Positions 1-14,054 of a DNA stretch of 64,000 nucleotides are shown here, piece by piece. The notes under the pieces were generated by a model. It had not been told where the DNA came from and made no database searches. It saw only the letters and a program-made list of their open reading frames with translations. The stretch is taken from positions 87,484,952-87,548,951 of the forward strand of contig NC_068983.1 of the NCBI RefSeq assembly GCF_001194135.2, read 5' to 3'. The stretch is from Octopus bimaculoides. Its lineage: Eukaryota. Every line of letters begins with the position of its first letter. The stretch's first letter is position 1. A program made the position numbers and the translations under genes.

Positions 1-1138
1 ATATACACATCAAAATACACAGATGCATACGTACAGATAATCTACGTATATGGGTATATATTTGCAAGACACAAATATATACATGATTAAAAAATTATAC
101 ACACACATACACACGCAGTTAAGCTCGCGCACGAAAAAACTTACGCGCTGGTAACAAAAATTGTATCTTAACCTATGAAGTAGAGAGGGAAGGGTAACAT
201 ATCGATAAGAACGTTACTAATATAGAAAGAGAGAAAGTGTGGCTATTGTGAGGAAGGAAAGGAAGAAAGAAAGAGAGAAAGAAAGAAAGACAGAAAGGAA
301 GAAAAGAGAGAAAGGGGGGAAGGGAAGAAAGAAGCAGAGAAAGAAAATGGGCAAGAAGGTAGTTTAACGTATATAGTAAACCTACACAAAAATTAGACTG
401 CGTATATATGTGTATACAAAAATGTATATTAACATCATGTATATAGATATATATGGGGATATGTATGTAAATACTCACAAAAATAACCATATACATGCGT
501 ATGCACACATTCAAGTATGTGTGAGCGTGAACCTGAGCGCACATTCCCATATATAACATAGATGCACACACGCGAATAAATGCATGTATGTGTAAATAAA
601 TATAAGCATATACTCTTACCCATGCATACACAAAAACGCACACACACGAAATCATAACTGTATATGCACAAGTGTAAACCTAGGCTCTATACGTAAGCAT
701 TGACGCACACATATGAATACGTAAGCATTGTTACAATACAGACATCTACATAAAAAAACCTTTTAGATCTCAGCATATATATGCAGACAACTTTTTAAGA
801 AATTGTTGGGTGTATAAAAGTTAAAATCGGGCGAAAATACATGCATAATAGAATTCCATATGTCGAACCGTCCATAAAAACGGTAAAATTTGTATACAAA
901 GTGTTTTAAAATAAATACAAATAGAATAGAATAAAGTAAAACAAGGAAAAAGAAAAAAACTATGCATATAACAGGTTTTAAAATGACATAGGGGTCTATA
1001 CAAAATTCTTACAATGCTAAATAAATCATTTATAATGCGGTACCAATCCAATAGTAAGATTGCACAATGGTTACGAGGAGTCAAACATTATCAAAAAAAT
1101 ATATATCAATATATATATATATAACAGTGTTGTTGACA

Positions 1139-3855
1139 GGGCTATCAGATAAAAGAAACAGGCTTGGAAGGAATGGAAGAACGTTGGTAGTAGGGAATTG
1201 TATCAGACTGCCAGAAGGGAAGCTAGGCGACAGGTTTATTTAGCCAGAGGGGAAGCAGATGAGAAAAAATTTGCCAATGTTCTGCACCGTGAGGACCAAA
1301 CACTTGAGGTATTTCGTGTTGCAAGACAGTGTAGGAGAGAGAATAGTGATGTCGGAGAGAAATGTGTCTGCATGTATGATGGCACACTTGCACCAAACGA
1401 GGCTGCAAAGAAAGAGGTTTGGAGATGCCACTATGAAAGGCTGCTTAATAAAGAGAATGAATGGGCCAAAGAGAGTCTACTGAATGTCGACCCAACAGAG
1501 GGACCATCTATATTAATAGACAGTACCTTGGTAGATAAAGCGATCAAGAGTATGAAGACAGGGAAAGCCCCCGGCCCATCAGGAATCACTGCAGAGATGC
1601 TCAAAATATTTGGCAGTGTCGGCTATAGCCTAGTCACCTGTATAGTTAATTAGGTGATACACGAAGGAGCCATACCCAATGACTGATGTAGCAGCACCAT
1701 AGTCAACTGCTACAAAGGTAAAGGTGATGCTTTAGACACAAACAATTACAGAGGTATCAAGTTGTTGGACCAGGTAATGAAGGTCCCCGAGAGGGTCATA
1801 GCCCAGAAAATTAAGGAGAGAGTCAGTTTAGATGAAATGCAGTTTGGGTTCGTGCCAGGGAAAAGCACCACTGATGCTATATTTCTGGTAAGACAGCTTC
1901 AGGAGAAATACCTAGCCAAGGATAAACCTGGCATTCGTTGACATGGAGAAAGCCTTTGACAGGGTCCCCCAATCCCTTATCTGGTGGTCAATGAGGAAAC
2001 TGGGGATAGATGAGTGGTTAGTGAGAGCTGTGAAAGCCATGTATAGGGACGCTGCCAGTAAGGTGAGGGTTGGCAACGAGTACAGTGAAGAATTCTGGGT
2101 AGAGGTAGGGGTCCACCAAGGCTCAGTCCTCAGCCCCCTCCTATTTATCCTAGTCCTCCAAGCAATAACACAGGAATTCAAGACGGGATGCCCCTGGGAG
2201 CTCCTCTATGCTGATGACCTTGCCCTAATTGCTGAGTCACTATCAGAACTAGAAGAGAAGTTTCAGGTATGGAAGCAAGGACTAGAATTGAAGGGTCTTA
2301 GCTAAAACCAAATCCTAATAAGTAGGAAGGTAGACAAGACACAAACCCCTTCAGGTAGATGGCCCTGCTCGATCTGCAGAAAAGGCGTAGGTAGAAACTC
2401 CATACGATGTACCCAGTGTAAGCTATGGACACATAAGAGGTGCAGCAATATCAAAGGAAGGCTAACTAGCAAGATAGTTTTTGTATGTGGCAGATGCTCA
2501 GGAGCAATAAACACTGAAAATGTGCAGAAAACAACCTTTGCCACATTCCAGGGAGAAAAACTAAAGTAGTTGATAGCTTCCGCTACCTAGGTGACCAAAT
2601 TTGTAGCGGGGGGTGGGGGTGTGCTGAAAGTGTAACTGCTAGAATAAGAATAGCCTGGGCAAAGTTCAGAGAGCTCTTACCTCTGCTGGTGACAAAGGGC
2701 CTCTTACTCAGAGTAAAAGGCAGACTGTATGACGCATGTGTATGAACAGCCATGCTACATGACAGTGAAACATGGGCCATGACTGTTGAGGACATGCGTA
2801 AGCTCGCAAGAAACGAAGCCAGTATTCTCCGTTGGATGTGTAATGTCAGTGTGCATACTCGACAGAGTGTAAGTACCTTGAGAGAAAAGTTAGACCCCTA
2901 GAAGCATCAGTTGTGGTGTGCAAGAGAGACGACTGCGCTGGTATGGCCATGTGGCAAGAATAGATGAGGATAGCTGTGTGAAAAAGTGCCACACCCTAGC
3001 AGTTGAGGGAACCTGCGGAAGAGGTAGACCCAGGAAGACCTGGGATGAGGTGGTGAAGCACGATCTTCGAACTTTAGGCCTCACCGAGGCAATGACTAGT
3101 GACCGGGACCTTTGGAAATATGCAGTACGTGAGAAGACCCGGCAAGCCAAGTAAGAGCTTAAGCTGTGACCTCTGCCAGAAGTGTAGCCATCTCACTTAT
3201 TCGTATCTTTACTTCATTGGACACTAAACTCTGCTTGCGAAGATCTGTTGAGGCAAGTGAATTTGAAATCTGAAATTGAAATCAAACCGAATCCGACGAC
3301 TGGCACTCTTGCCAACTTCTCCTTCATTGGACACTAAACTCTGCTTGCGAAAACCTGTTGGGGCAGTGAAATCGAAATCGAAATTGAACCATATTCAATG
3401 ACTGGCACCTGCGCCAGTGGAGCACTAACAGCACTGTCCGAGCTTGTTCATTGCCAGAGCAGCTGTCTGGCTTCTGTGCTAGTGGCCTGTAAATAGCACC
3501 ATTTGAGCGTAATTTTTACCAGCGTTGCCTTCTAGCACTTGTGCTGGTGGCACATTAGAAAATCATTTGAGCGAGGTCGTTGCCAGCGCCGCTGGTCTGG
3601 CTCCCATGCAGGTGGCAAGTAAAAAACACCTCTTTGAGCATGGCCGTTACCAGTACTGTGTGACTGGCCCTCTTGCTGGTGGCATGTAAAAGCACCCACT
3701 ACACTCTCGGAGTGGTTGGCATTAGGAAGGGCATCCAGCTGTAGTAACTCTGCCAGATCAGATTGGAGCCCGGTGCAGCCTTCCGGCTTGCCAGTCCTCA
3801 GTTAAATCGTCCAACCCATTCTAGCATGGAAAGCGGACGTTAAACGATGATGATA
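1139..3855 (+). mobile_element. 5'-truncated RTE-clade LINE (reverse transcriptase with stops/frameshifts, long 3' UTR, (GAT)n tail)
   Basis: ORF pieces GKAPGPSGITAEML, EKAFDRVP, GVHQGSVLSPLLF, ELLYADDLAL, RRLRWYGHV, GRGRPRKTW; 3' UTR with internal tandem repeats; ends GTTAAACGATGATGAT. Confidence 0.92.
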
Positions 3856-3857
3856 TG

Positions 3858-3890
<33 letters not shown>

Positions 3891-6800
3891 ATATACACAC
3901 ACATATTCACATACATACATGCCAGCATGATGGTAAATGATGATGATACATGGTCTGATCAATAAGTATCTTGACTGTTACTATAGTAACAAACTTAATG
4001 CATGGAGAGTGAAGCGGCTTGCACAGACCGAGCTTGGACTCTGCTGTGTATGTGCATGAAGTTTTTATGCTTTAGCTCACTTTTGCTCATAGTCTTATAT
4101 AATCATTCTTCCATGCTATTATGGGGCAGATGAGTCTCACAACTTCTCACCACTTGTAATTCTTCATCATCTGGCATCCATAGTGATAGAAAATTGGTCA
4201 ACTTTGTTGCTGTGTACATCTTTTTTTATCTTTGTTATTGATTTTTACTGCTAGATACCCCTCCTACCAACAACCACTCTACATGCTGGTGTATACCAAG
4301 TAAATTTTCTCAGCATTGCATGAAAAGACAGCAAGTCATTTAGTGCAATTTAATAGTGCTACCACTGTTTACCATCCACAGATATCATCATCATTTAACG
4401 TACGTTGTCCATGCTGGCATGGGTTGGATGGTTTGACTACTCCAAGAGTGTAATGCATGCTTTTATATTCCACCTGCACGGGTGCCAGTTATGTGACACT
4501 GGCGTCTGCCACATTGCCTCAATGAGGCCCAACGCTCAAAAGGTGCTTTCTATGTACCAGTTATGTGACACCAGTATTGGCCACATGTACGATTTCACTT
4601 GGCTACATGTATGATTTCACTTGGCTTGATGGGTCTTCTCAAGCACAGCATATTAGTGACAGAACCTTCCATTCTTTCCCGGGGCTTTTTTTATTCCCAG
4701 GGAAGGACAACACTCCTGGCCTTTTGTTTTCTCAGAATCTTCAAGACTGGTGGGAAGAAGGGATGAAGTTATCCTCAAAGTGGAGAGAGACCAGGTCTGA
4801 ATGTGTACAACAGAATGAACTAAAGGCACCCAAAGACCAGATGATGGTATTAAACAGTTTAAGTCTAACACCCAAGAACTCTGAACATATGTTTATATGT
4901 TATTTAGCTGGGACTAAATAACTACAATTTAGTATTTGGTGAATTCAACTGTTGAGAGATAAATGCCTTAGGGACATCATGTAATGTTGGTGATAGGATA
5001 ATGACTGATAATCTCTCAGCTGTTTCTTAGCTTTATACATTCTCTGGATTGTAAGAAGTTGTATGGTGGGGGTGGGAGCTAACGAGAGAGAGAGAGAATA
5101 CAAAATAGTTAGGATACTAAAATTTTTAGAATTCAGGAAAAAAAATTCAAAAAATGTGAATGAAGGTTTTAAATTTTAGCTGAATAGGATAATTTAATAA
5201 ACTGAGTAAAGAACAAAATTGAGCAAAATAAGTAAAAACAGAATAAAAATATAAAATGCTATCAATTTGAATATAAAATTTAATAGAATATGCACGAAAT
5301 TGAGTTTATATTACTGAATTTTGACATACAGTAGTGTAACTAGAATTTATATCACCAGAGGTAGACTTCCACCTCTATTCACCTTCTTTTAGCCATATTA
5401 GCAAGGATACAGATAATAGCACAATATGATACTCATGTCTTTCCCAGGAGCATTTGAGGTAACACTAAACTGAAATGACTTTAATTAGAAATAACTATTG
5501 AGCTCTTCACACCAAATGCAAGTCTCTTTCTGTCATACATTTTAGCAACTTGTATTAGTACTGTATTTTATGGCATACAAGTCAACGTAGTATGGAGCGT
5601 AAACATTCAAACACCATCACTATCTTTCCAAATCTTGCAGTGTTTCACATAGTTTTTATGTTTCTCCAAAGTTGTCTTGGTGTCTAAGTCCACCTGCCTA
5701 TTTTAGCTGTAAATTATGTCCAACTTATATACTGGAAAATATGGTTTTCAATATCATTTTATTATGTAATTATAAATTTTTCATTTTATTGAAGAATACA
5801 TTTGAATCTTCATTACATGTTTCAGGTGTTCTAACAAATTTTACTGCGACCTATAACTTGGCTTTCTACATATTTGGAGGTGTTTGTATATTTTTTAATT
5901 CTTTGTTACTAATAATTTTAGTAAATCAGTATCTCAAAGATAACAGAATTAAGTAAACCAGTATCTCAAAGATAACAAAATTAACTTGAAACTGTTTTAG
6001 ATGTGTTTTTGTATATTTTTTAAAAATTCAAGCATGGCCAAATTATTTAGAACTTCATTTTGCAAATTTGAGATCCTGTATATGATTCCAAAGTATAAAA
6101 TCTTGGGCAAGTATCTTTTACCATAGCTTTGGGTTAACTCAAGTTTTATGAGGTGAAATCGAGTAGACCAAAACTGTTTGAAAGCCTGTGTAATAGACTT
6201 TTCCTGTAATTCAAAGAGCCAACTTTATCATACAGTTTCATACTGATTTTGCCTGAAAATTGCATTAAGAGTATACATACATGCGGAATATTCGCATGCT
6301 AATTCTATGAGTAGGCTGTTCCATTGATTGAACAATTGGAACTTTCAGCTCTGAAAATAATGGAGATCCACTGACATTTTTACAATTTCTATTTTTACAC
6401 AGTATTTTTTTTTTATCTTATATTATATTTTTATATTTATTTTGTTTATTTTGTTTTTAAATAATAAAATAATTTCCATTATTGCATTTTGTTTGTTTGT
6501 TGACTTGTTGAGATATGGTCATATGCATGAAGAATTTTTCACTTTTAACCATAAACCAGTTCTTTGAAACAAAATCCCCCATGGATCTGTTTTTGAGTTG
6601 CACATATGCTTCTTTGTCACTCTCACATGGCTTGCGGTTGGCACATGGGAGCTTACACCAATGAAGTTGTTCATAAAAAATAGACATGTTGAAGCTAACT
6701 TCTCTTTTACAATTCTTACCACCTGATGTCATATAATGTTTTTATTTTTAACCCAAGACCTTAGGTAAATGAAGCTAAAAACATTGTGAAAAGATACAAA

Positions 6801-9800
6801 GACCCTTTCTCTCCTAACCTTGTTAGTCTCTACCCTACCACGTTTTCTCAAGAATAAACCTGTGTAACTCCAATGAGAACTGTCTTAAATCCTGATAAAC
6901 AGTCTAACCTTTGCTGGTATGGCAGATTGATCAATCTGTCCTATCACTGGGTCCACCTATTTAACCCATACCATTACCACTTTATTCCCTCTCCCCTTCA
7001 TACTAATCTCTCACATTACTCTTCCCCTCTCCTCTATAACCATAACTCACCCGACACTGTTCCCTCTGTTATTCTCTCCACCACCATCATCTCGCAACAA
7101 ATCTGTTTCATCTATCATGGAAGCTGATTTTTGCCTTGCATGTTACAAGATGATCCCCTCAGTGTTGGTGTCACAAAAAGTATCTTGTACACTGTGTGAT
7201 TAGTAATTGATTTGAATAATGACAATGCAAGGTTTGAGAGGAAGGCTCTTTAGTCATGCTGATGGCAAAACAACCTCTACAGTGCTGGTGCCATGAAAAA
7301 ATACATCCTGTATACTCTGTAAAGTAGTTGGTGTTATGGAAGGTATCTAACCATTGAGTCAGAAATGGTCTTCTGGTCTGTTGAACAGTCCTCCCTATGG
7401 CACCTTGGAAAGTGGAAGATGATGATTATCATATAAAAATATGCATGATGAAAAATGGAAATAATCAGAAAAGAAGTTTAAACAAAATTTGTTTTTATTG
7501 AAATATTCAGTTTGGTTCTGCAATATAAATCTTTTTTTTTTTTGAGACAAAATATTAAAACTATAATACATAATAAAAATAGTTTTTTTTTTCTGATATT
7601 GTGTCATTAGAGTTTGTTAAAATTGTTTCATATATTTAAATTCTAGCCCAAAAATTTATAATAAATATTAATCTTGAAACCTACTACTTACTACATGTCT
7701 CAGAATATGACTGGTACTAAATTATCAAGACATAACATGAAAATTAGCAACAAAAGTATTTTTGGTATTTAATAATAATAAAATAACTGATATAATACAA
7801 AAAGAAAAAATATATTAATTTATTATGTTGACACAAAGTAGGTTTTTTTTCTTTGATAGAGGAGATTGCATAATCTACTGAATCCCCACCCAGTATACAG
7901 CTACTGCTTATTTTATCAATTTCTGGAAGGATGGAAGGTAAGTTTAGCTTTTGTAGGATTAGAACTTGTAACTAAATATCATAATGTATTTAGCCTTGTG
8001 CACTACTCCTCTGACACCACCACTGCCTTTAGAATATTGATTTCTATTTTTGGCACAAAGTCAGCAGTTTCAGGGAAGCAGATAATCAAGTAGTACTTAT
8101 TTTATCAACCCTGAAAGGATGAAAGGCAAAGGCGACCTGTGAACTCAGAAGTCAGACGAAATGCTACTAAGCATTTTGCCTGGCATGCTAACGATTCTGC
8201 TAGTTCACTACCTTTAGAACATTAAAAAACAATTTTTAAAAGTACACAAATAAAAAGATATAACTAAAAAGCTAATAAAAAAAAATCCTCACTACAGTTT
8301 TGACAAATTATATGCAAAGAAAGAAATATAAATTTTATTCAGAAGAATCTTAAAAAAGCAAAAAAAAAAAAAAAACTTATTGTTTTTGTCTTGTCTGATT
8401 TTATTTTTGTATCTTTTTCAAAGGATACCTTATTTAAATGGGTAAAGTTCTAGCTAAGCTGAAGCTGGTGTTGGTTATGGCTATTTTAGAGGAGTTGACC
8501 CTACTGATTATGGTCTTGCTGGTTCTCAATAAAATGCTAAGAAAGAATCATTTATATTTACATCTTGGTTTCATTAAACAAAGTATCTTTGTTACAAGAC
8601 AAACAAATTAGTAAGAGTAGATGATGTAGCAGTGTGGTGATGATTCTAATAATTATTATTCTAGGATGTAATTTACACTAAATCAAATTATTTGCAATTA
8701 ATCATTAAGCACAGGTGGAGGGTGGGAGAATATATTCATAAATAATTTTGCTGTACATTTTTAAAATATATTTTATATCACACATTTCATGGATCCAATT
8801 CAGTAAAGCGGTGTTTCATAATTCATCCAAGTAATACAATTTATGAAAATTTGTTGGTAATAACATTATTGAATTCTGGGAAAACAGCAGAAGCCAACTC
8901 AGAACACTACCAATTTTCCAATTTTACTAATGTAAACATTCCTCTGTTTCAAAGAACATTGTGATCTATGGGCTAGAACTAAAATATGTGAGAAATAAAC
9001 AAATTTGGCTCATGATGGTTTAACCAGGGGTAGGGTTCTTTTATCTTCAAGAGTAATTCTGCCTGAAATATTAGAACAGACCTCTTTACAGAGCAAACTA
9101 TTTTCTTTCTAAAGTAATTAGTTAATTACGATTATTAATTACACAACTTTTTTTTATGGATCAAATTTGTGAAGAACAGTGTATTGAAGTATTCTAAATA
9201 ATTGATACTATATATATTTATGTAAGAGAGTAATTTCAGGAATAAGTTGCCTCATGCAAGTCTGAAGGATTGATGGATTGTATCCTCTTGCTCTTTGAGT
9301 TGTTGCTTTGTTTATTGTCTAGCTCTAGGTCATCCTTGACCAAGCAGATCTACAATTAGAGGAATCCCAACTATGACTGTCTCACCTTTTTTCTGGAGAA
9401 ACTCTATCTAGAACTACATTATCCAATGTGTTTTTTTTTATACATTTTAAGATCATAGGGGGTGATTTGAGAAAGATTAAGCTACAATTTCTAGCAAATC
9501 AAAAGATCAGTAGAGGATCCCTGATTAGATTGTCTAACACTTTACGTTATGTAATTAGTTAAGTCATATACTTTTAATTGTCTAGAAGCCATACTACTGC
9601 TAAATGTATTACTGTGATTACATTTAAATCATTCTAACAAGGCTAAGGGCTAAGAATAGCTTTTGGCTCTTGGCTACCTAAAGAGCTTCTGGCTCTTGGC
9701 TACCTAAAGAGCTTCAAAGCATCATAAAATAATGGATTGCAAAGTTAAAAGATCATGATGCTATTTAATATTTTATGAAGACAACAATTTGATTTAGCTG

Positions 9801-10372
9801 TAGATGGAAGGATTAAATAATTTATAAGACTGTAGAACAATTTATCACAATAGTATTACAAATCTAGATAAATAATAGTCAAATAAATCAAGGATTCCCA
9901 ATGGTCTAAACAATTTACAGAAGCTATACTTCTGCAGAACAAAGAATCACAATAGTAATAGTAAAGTCCATTGAATCATTGATTGTTTAAGAGAACACAG
10001 AAACAAAGATAAATATAGAAGAAAGAAATAAGAATTGCTAAAGATGTAATTGTTTAATAGTTTTTGAATCTTTTATGTAACCAAAATTTTAACTAAATAA
10101 TTCAAGCAATTAACAAAACAAAGCTTGTTAAAAGTCAAAGGATGAAGCAACTGATCACTGATGATATTTGGATAAATTCTTCAGTTATGTGATATGAAAA
10201 TTTTTGATGTTTCCCTAAAGAAACTACAGATTGTTTTAAATATGTTCATTCTAAATTTCTTTTAAAATATGTGGTTCCATCATATAGAAAAATAACTGGA
10301 AAAGGAGGGAAGATTTTAAAAGATTTTGAACATAAAATTCCTAAAAGTTCTTTGGTAATTGAAACTGGTAAT

Positions 10373-10487
10373 TTACAAGTTCTTACAAAGAGAAGGATCA
10401 TGTGAACGTCCTGAACGTAATTCACACAACAAATCATGGCGACAGCTGCCAGAACATTCTCCATTATTTACAGACTTGAACTTGTAC
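10373..10487 (-). CDS. SMPD1: SMPD1 coding exon 13, terminal (YKFKSVNNGECSGSCRHDLLCELRSGRSHDPSLCKNL*)
   Basis: ttccag acceptor, phase 2; four Cys as in the ASM C-terminal domain; TAA at 10373-10375. Confidence 0.92.
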
Positions 10488-11199
10488 CTGGAAAACAAAA
10501 ATCAAATTAAAATCAGAACATTTCAAAAACAGGATCATGTATAAAAATCTTTGTACAGAAAAGATCATTTGGTACTGAACATTATTTAAGGGTGAACATA
10601 GTTTAATCATTAAAGTACATTAAACTACAGCTCATGAATTTTAACTAGCTAATTTAATAATCATCATCATCATCGTTTAACTTCTACCTTCTGTGCATGT
10701 ATAGGTAGGATGGTTGACAGGAGCTGATTTTTACAGTTGAATGCCCTTACAAATGTCAACCACTTTACAGTGTGGAGTGGATGCTTTTTATATGATACCA
10801 GCACCGGCAAGATCACCAAGTAACTCACATGACAAGGAATTTTGAGAGGGGCAGGCGGCATTGGAGGAGGGGATCGTGTGTTAGATGGTAAAAGGTTAGA
10901 GTGTGACAGAGAGGCAGAAACAGGTGTCTTGCTATAACAGGGGGCATTGAAGGAGGTGATCCAGTGTCAAATATTGAAAAGTTAGAGAGTGATAAAGAAA
11001 TAGTGGCAGAAACAGGTGTCTTGCTATAGAGGAGGTACATGGTTACCTGGCAAGTGAGAGGTATAGAGAAAGAGGACAGAAACAGTTGTACTGATGTAAA
11101 GGAAATATTTGGTTTCACACTCTCTTATCTGGTGGTCTCTAAAGAAGCTAGGAGTAGAGGAGTAGCTTGTTAGAGTTGTACATGCCATGTAACGTGAGA

Positions 11200-11630
11200 G
11201 TTGGCCATGAATACAGTGATGAATTTAGTGTACAAGTTGGAGTTTACCATGGATCAGTTCTTAGTCCACTCTTATTCATCATAGTTCTCCAGGTCATAAC
11301 AGAGGAATTCAAAATTGGATACTCATGGAAACTGCTATAGCTGATGACCTTGCTCTTATTGCAGAATCTGAAACAGAATTGGCGAAGTTCCAGGTTTGGA
11401 AACAAAACCTGGAATCAAAGGGCCTTAAAGTTAACCTAACAAAGACTAAAGTTGTTAGCAAGAAAGCAGATAAGACTCTCTTTCTGTCAGGTGTATGTCC
11501 CTGCTCAATATGTAGGAAAGGAGTGGGAAGTAATGCCATTTGCTGCACAAAGCATAAGCTATAGATGCATAAGAGATGCAGCAGAATCATAGGTAGGTTA
11601 ACAGATAAGGTCATGCATTTCTTTCTAGTG
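11200..11630 (+). mobile_element. RTE LINE RT fragment
   Basis: ADDLALIAES...KQNLESKGLKVN...PCSICRKGVG matches the 1139-3855 copy. Confidence 0.85.
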
Positions 11631-11665
11631 TCCATTCTTCAAGTGGAAAAATCCAGATATGTTGA

Positions 11666-11875
11666 CCCTTTAGCATTTAAATCAACCATAGCTAGCTCAA
11701 ATATTCTCCCTGTTTTATTTTAAAATTGGCCTCTTGCACCTACTCTACAATGTCATTCTAAAAATAAGCAATCACATCATTGAAATCTCACAGCTATGAG
11801 ATGATGCATGATTAATTCAAAACACTGTGAATAAATAAGCATTTCACTTGACAGAGTAATCTGAACGCTAAAGAG
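11666..11875. mobile_element. piggyBac-type MITE (same family)
   Basis: TTGA/TTAA flanks, CCCTTTAGCATT / AACGCTAAAGAG; internal identity to 15257-15462. Confidence 0.8.
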
Positions 11876-13121
11876 TTAAACATAGACATACCATCATACT
11901 GAATACATGACACGTGCCACTGAATCTACATTTCATGAGGCATATGGCCTAGTGGTTGGGATGTTGGACTCACAATAATTAGGTAACGGGTTCGATTCTT
12001 GGATCAAGTAGCACATGGCATCCTTGAACAAGGTGTTCATTTTATGTTGCTTTAGTCTACACAGCAGAATGTGAGTAACAGTCAGCAGCTGGAGCTCAAC
12101 CTTACAACAGACTGGCATGCAATTCAGTATGCCAGTCCGTTGTATGAAGCATTTAGGTGAGTGAAAATAAAAATCATAGTCACCTTGTCTTGTAAATCTG
12201 TATAAGTGTGTCCCATGATCAGAAAGGTACAAGGCAGATATTTTTAGGTTACAGTTCTCATTAAACAAATACTTCAGCTATTATTATAAGAAGTTATAGT
12301 TGTTTCAGTCATTGGACTGCAGCCATGCTAGGACACCACCTTGAAAAGTTCAGTTGAACAAACCAACCCAAGTACTTATTTTTTCCAGCCAGGTACTTAT
12401 TCTATCAATCTACTGTGTCACTAAGTTACAGTGATATAAATAAACCAGCACTAATTGTCAAACAATGTGGTGGGGAGCATAAACACAAACACACACACAC
12501 TCACACAAATGGCAGGCTTCTACACAAATTTACCCACAAGGCATTGGTCAGCCTGGGGCAGTAGCAGAAGACACTTGCTGCAGCAGTGGAATTTGAATCT
12601 GAAATCATATAGATGCAAAGCAAGCTTCTTAGCCACCCAGTCATGCCTGCACCTTAATATACATAATATCATTTCAATTGATTTTCCCAAGTTTGTATGA
12701 GTAAGATGGCTTAATTGTAGGAACAATAGTTTTTTTTATATATAGATGTTCTTCCTATCTAAACTGGACCAAGCAGTTAGATATAAAATCTGAACTTATG
12801 ACCATGTAACCAACAGCTTATCACCATAACCTTAAATGCAATTATTATCTAAATTTGGTGATTCCTCATAGAAAATTTTGATTATGTGTGATCCACTGGA
12901 CAACTTACTATTGAATAAGCTTGCAAAGTGGCTGACCATTCCACAGACATGAATACTCTTAGCATAATTATCAGGTGGAACCAGTATGACACAAGGCTGG
13001 GCTTTTGGATTACTCCTGTTTTACCATAGCTTTAAGCTGACTAATGTCTTGTAAGAGGAATTTGTGAGATGGTAACTGATGGTTACTTATAGCATCCCAT
13101 GGTGCATGGATGAGTATATAT

Positions 13122-13133
13122 ATATGTGTGTGT

Positions 13134-13224
<91 letters not shown>
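13122..13224. repeat. (GT)n microsatellite, one of many (TA)n, (CA)n, (CAGA)n and (AAC)n/(AAT)n tracts
   Basis: About 50 dinucleotide units. Confidence 0.95.
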
Positions 13225-13227
<3 letters not shown>

Positions 13228-13476
13228 ATATTATTAATAAATTCATAAAATTATCAATAATATTCGCAGGAAATCAATATTTAATATTTAAATTTTGAAA
13301 GATATATATCCAATATGACATGGTAATATAATAAATTTAGAATTTAAGATATACGAAATATAAATATATATAAAAATATGAATGTAGATAAAGATACATG
13401 TGAATATAAATGCATATAAAAATTTATGCGTAATTGAGCATGAATATTATAAAGTCTAAAATTAAAAAAAATTAAA

Positions 13477-13564
13477 CATCTGACGATCGTTTCACGGATA
13501 TTACTGTAATCACAATGTGATCAAAAGATCAGCATACTATCAATAATTTCGCTCTTCGGAGATG
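13477..13564 (-). ncRNA. Putative minimal type I hammerhead ribozyme (variant core CCGAAGA)
   Basis: CATCT-CCGAAGA-GCG...CGT-GAAA-C-GATC-GTC-AGATG: 5-bp stem I, extended stem II, palindromic stem III, GUC site. Confidence 0.6.
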
Positions 13565-14054
13565 AATGGATTTATAATCTATGTGTTAAGAATGAATGGT
13601 ATATGTAATATTAATTAGAATATTAAAAAATATTAAAAATATTAAAGTGTATACTGTCCTTTAAAGAAATTGTAAAATTAATCCTCCTATAATTTGGAAA
13701 GTTCATTTTTTTATCCTTTGTTGAAATTTTTAAGTGGTATATATTTTTTTAATAAAAATTGGTATGTTTTTCTGAATATATATAAGACTTCGGTATGTAA
13801 TTATAGTAAAATTCATCTTGTTGTTGGATATGTTGGTAGTCCTATGAATCCCATCAATGTTTAAAAGTTCATCCATTGCAAATATTTCATCATTGATGAA
13901 ATAAAAGCAACAAGTGAAATGTCCTCAACCATGCTCAAGAGGGCAGTAACTTTGAATAAGAACTGACTCAAACCTGTCCAATCCATGCTCATATGAAAAG
14001 CAGATATAAAATAATGATGAGGAGGAAAATTGATAAAGCTAGATATATGCTTAC

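Noticed and set aside
173-671. 160-aa and 78-aa ORFs at the window start
   Set aside because: Translations of (CA)/(TA)/(GAAA) low-complexity DNA; the same applies to the many YIYI/CVCV/HTHT ORFs elsewhere
3200-3720. CRISPR-like spaced repeats
   Set aside because: Tandem duplications within the RTE 3' UTR in a eukaryotic genome; no unique spacers or cas genes
9664-9715. 26-bp tandem duplication (similar ones near 5925-5990 and 44400-44450)
   Set aside because: Ordinary slippage duplications with no sign of function
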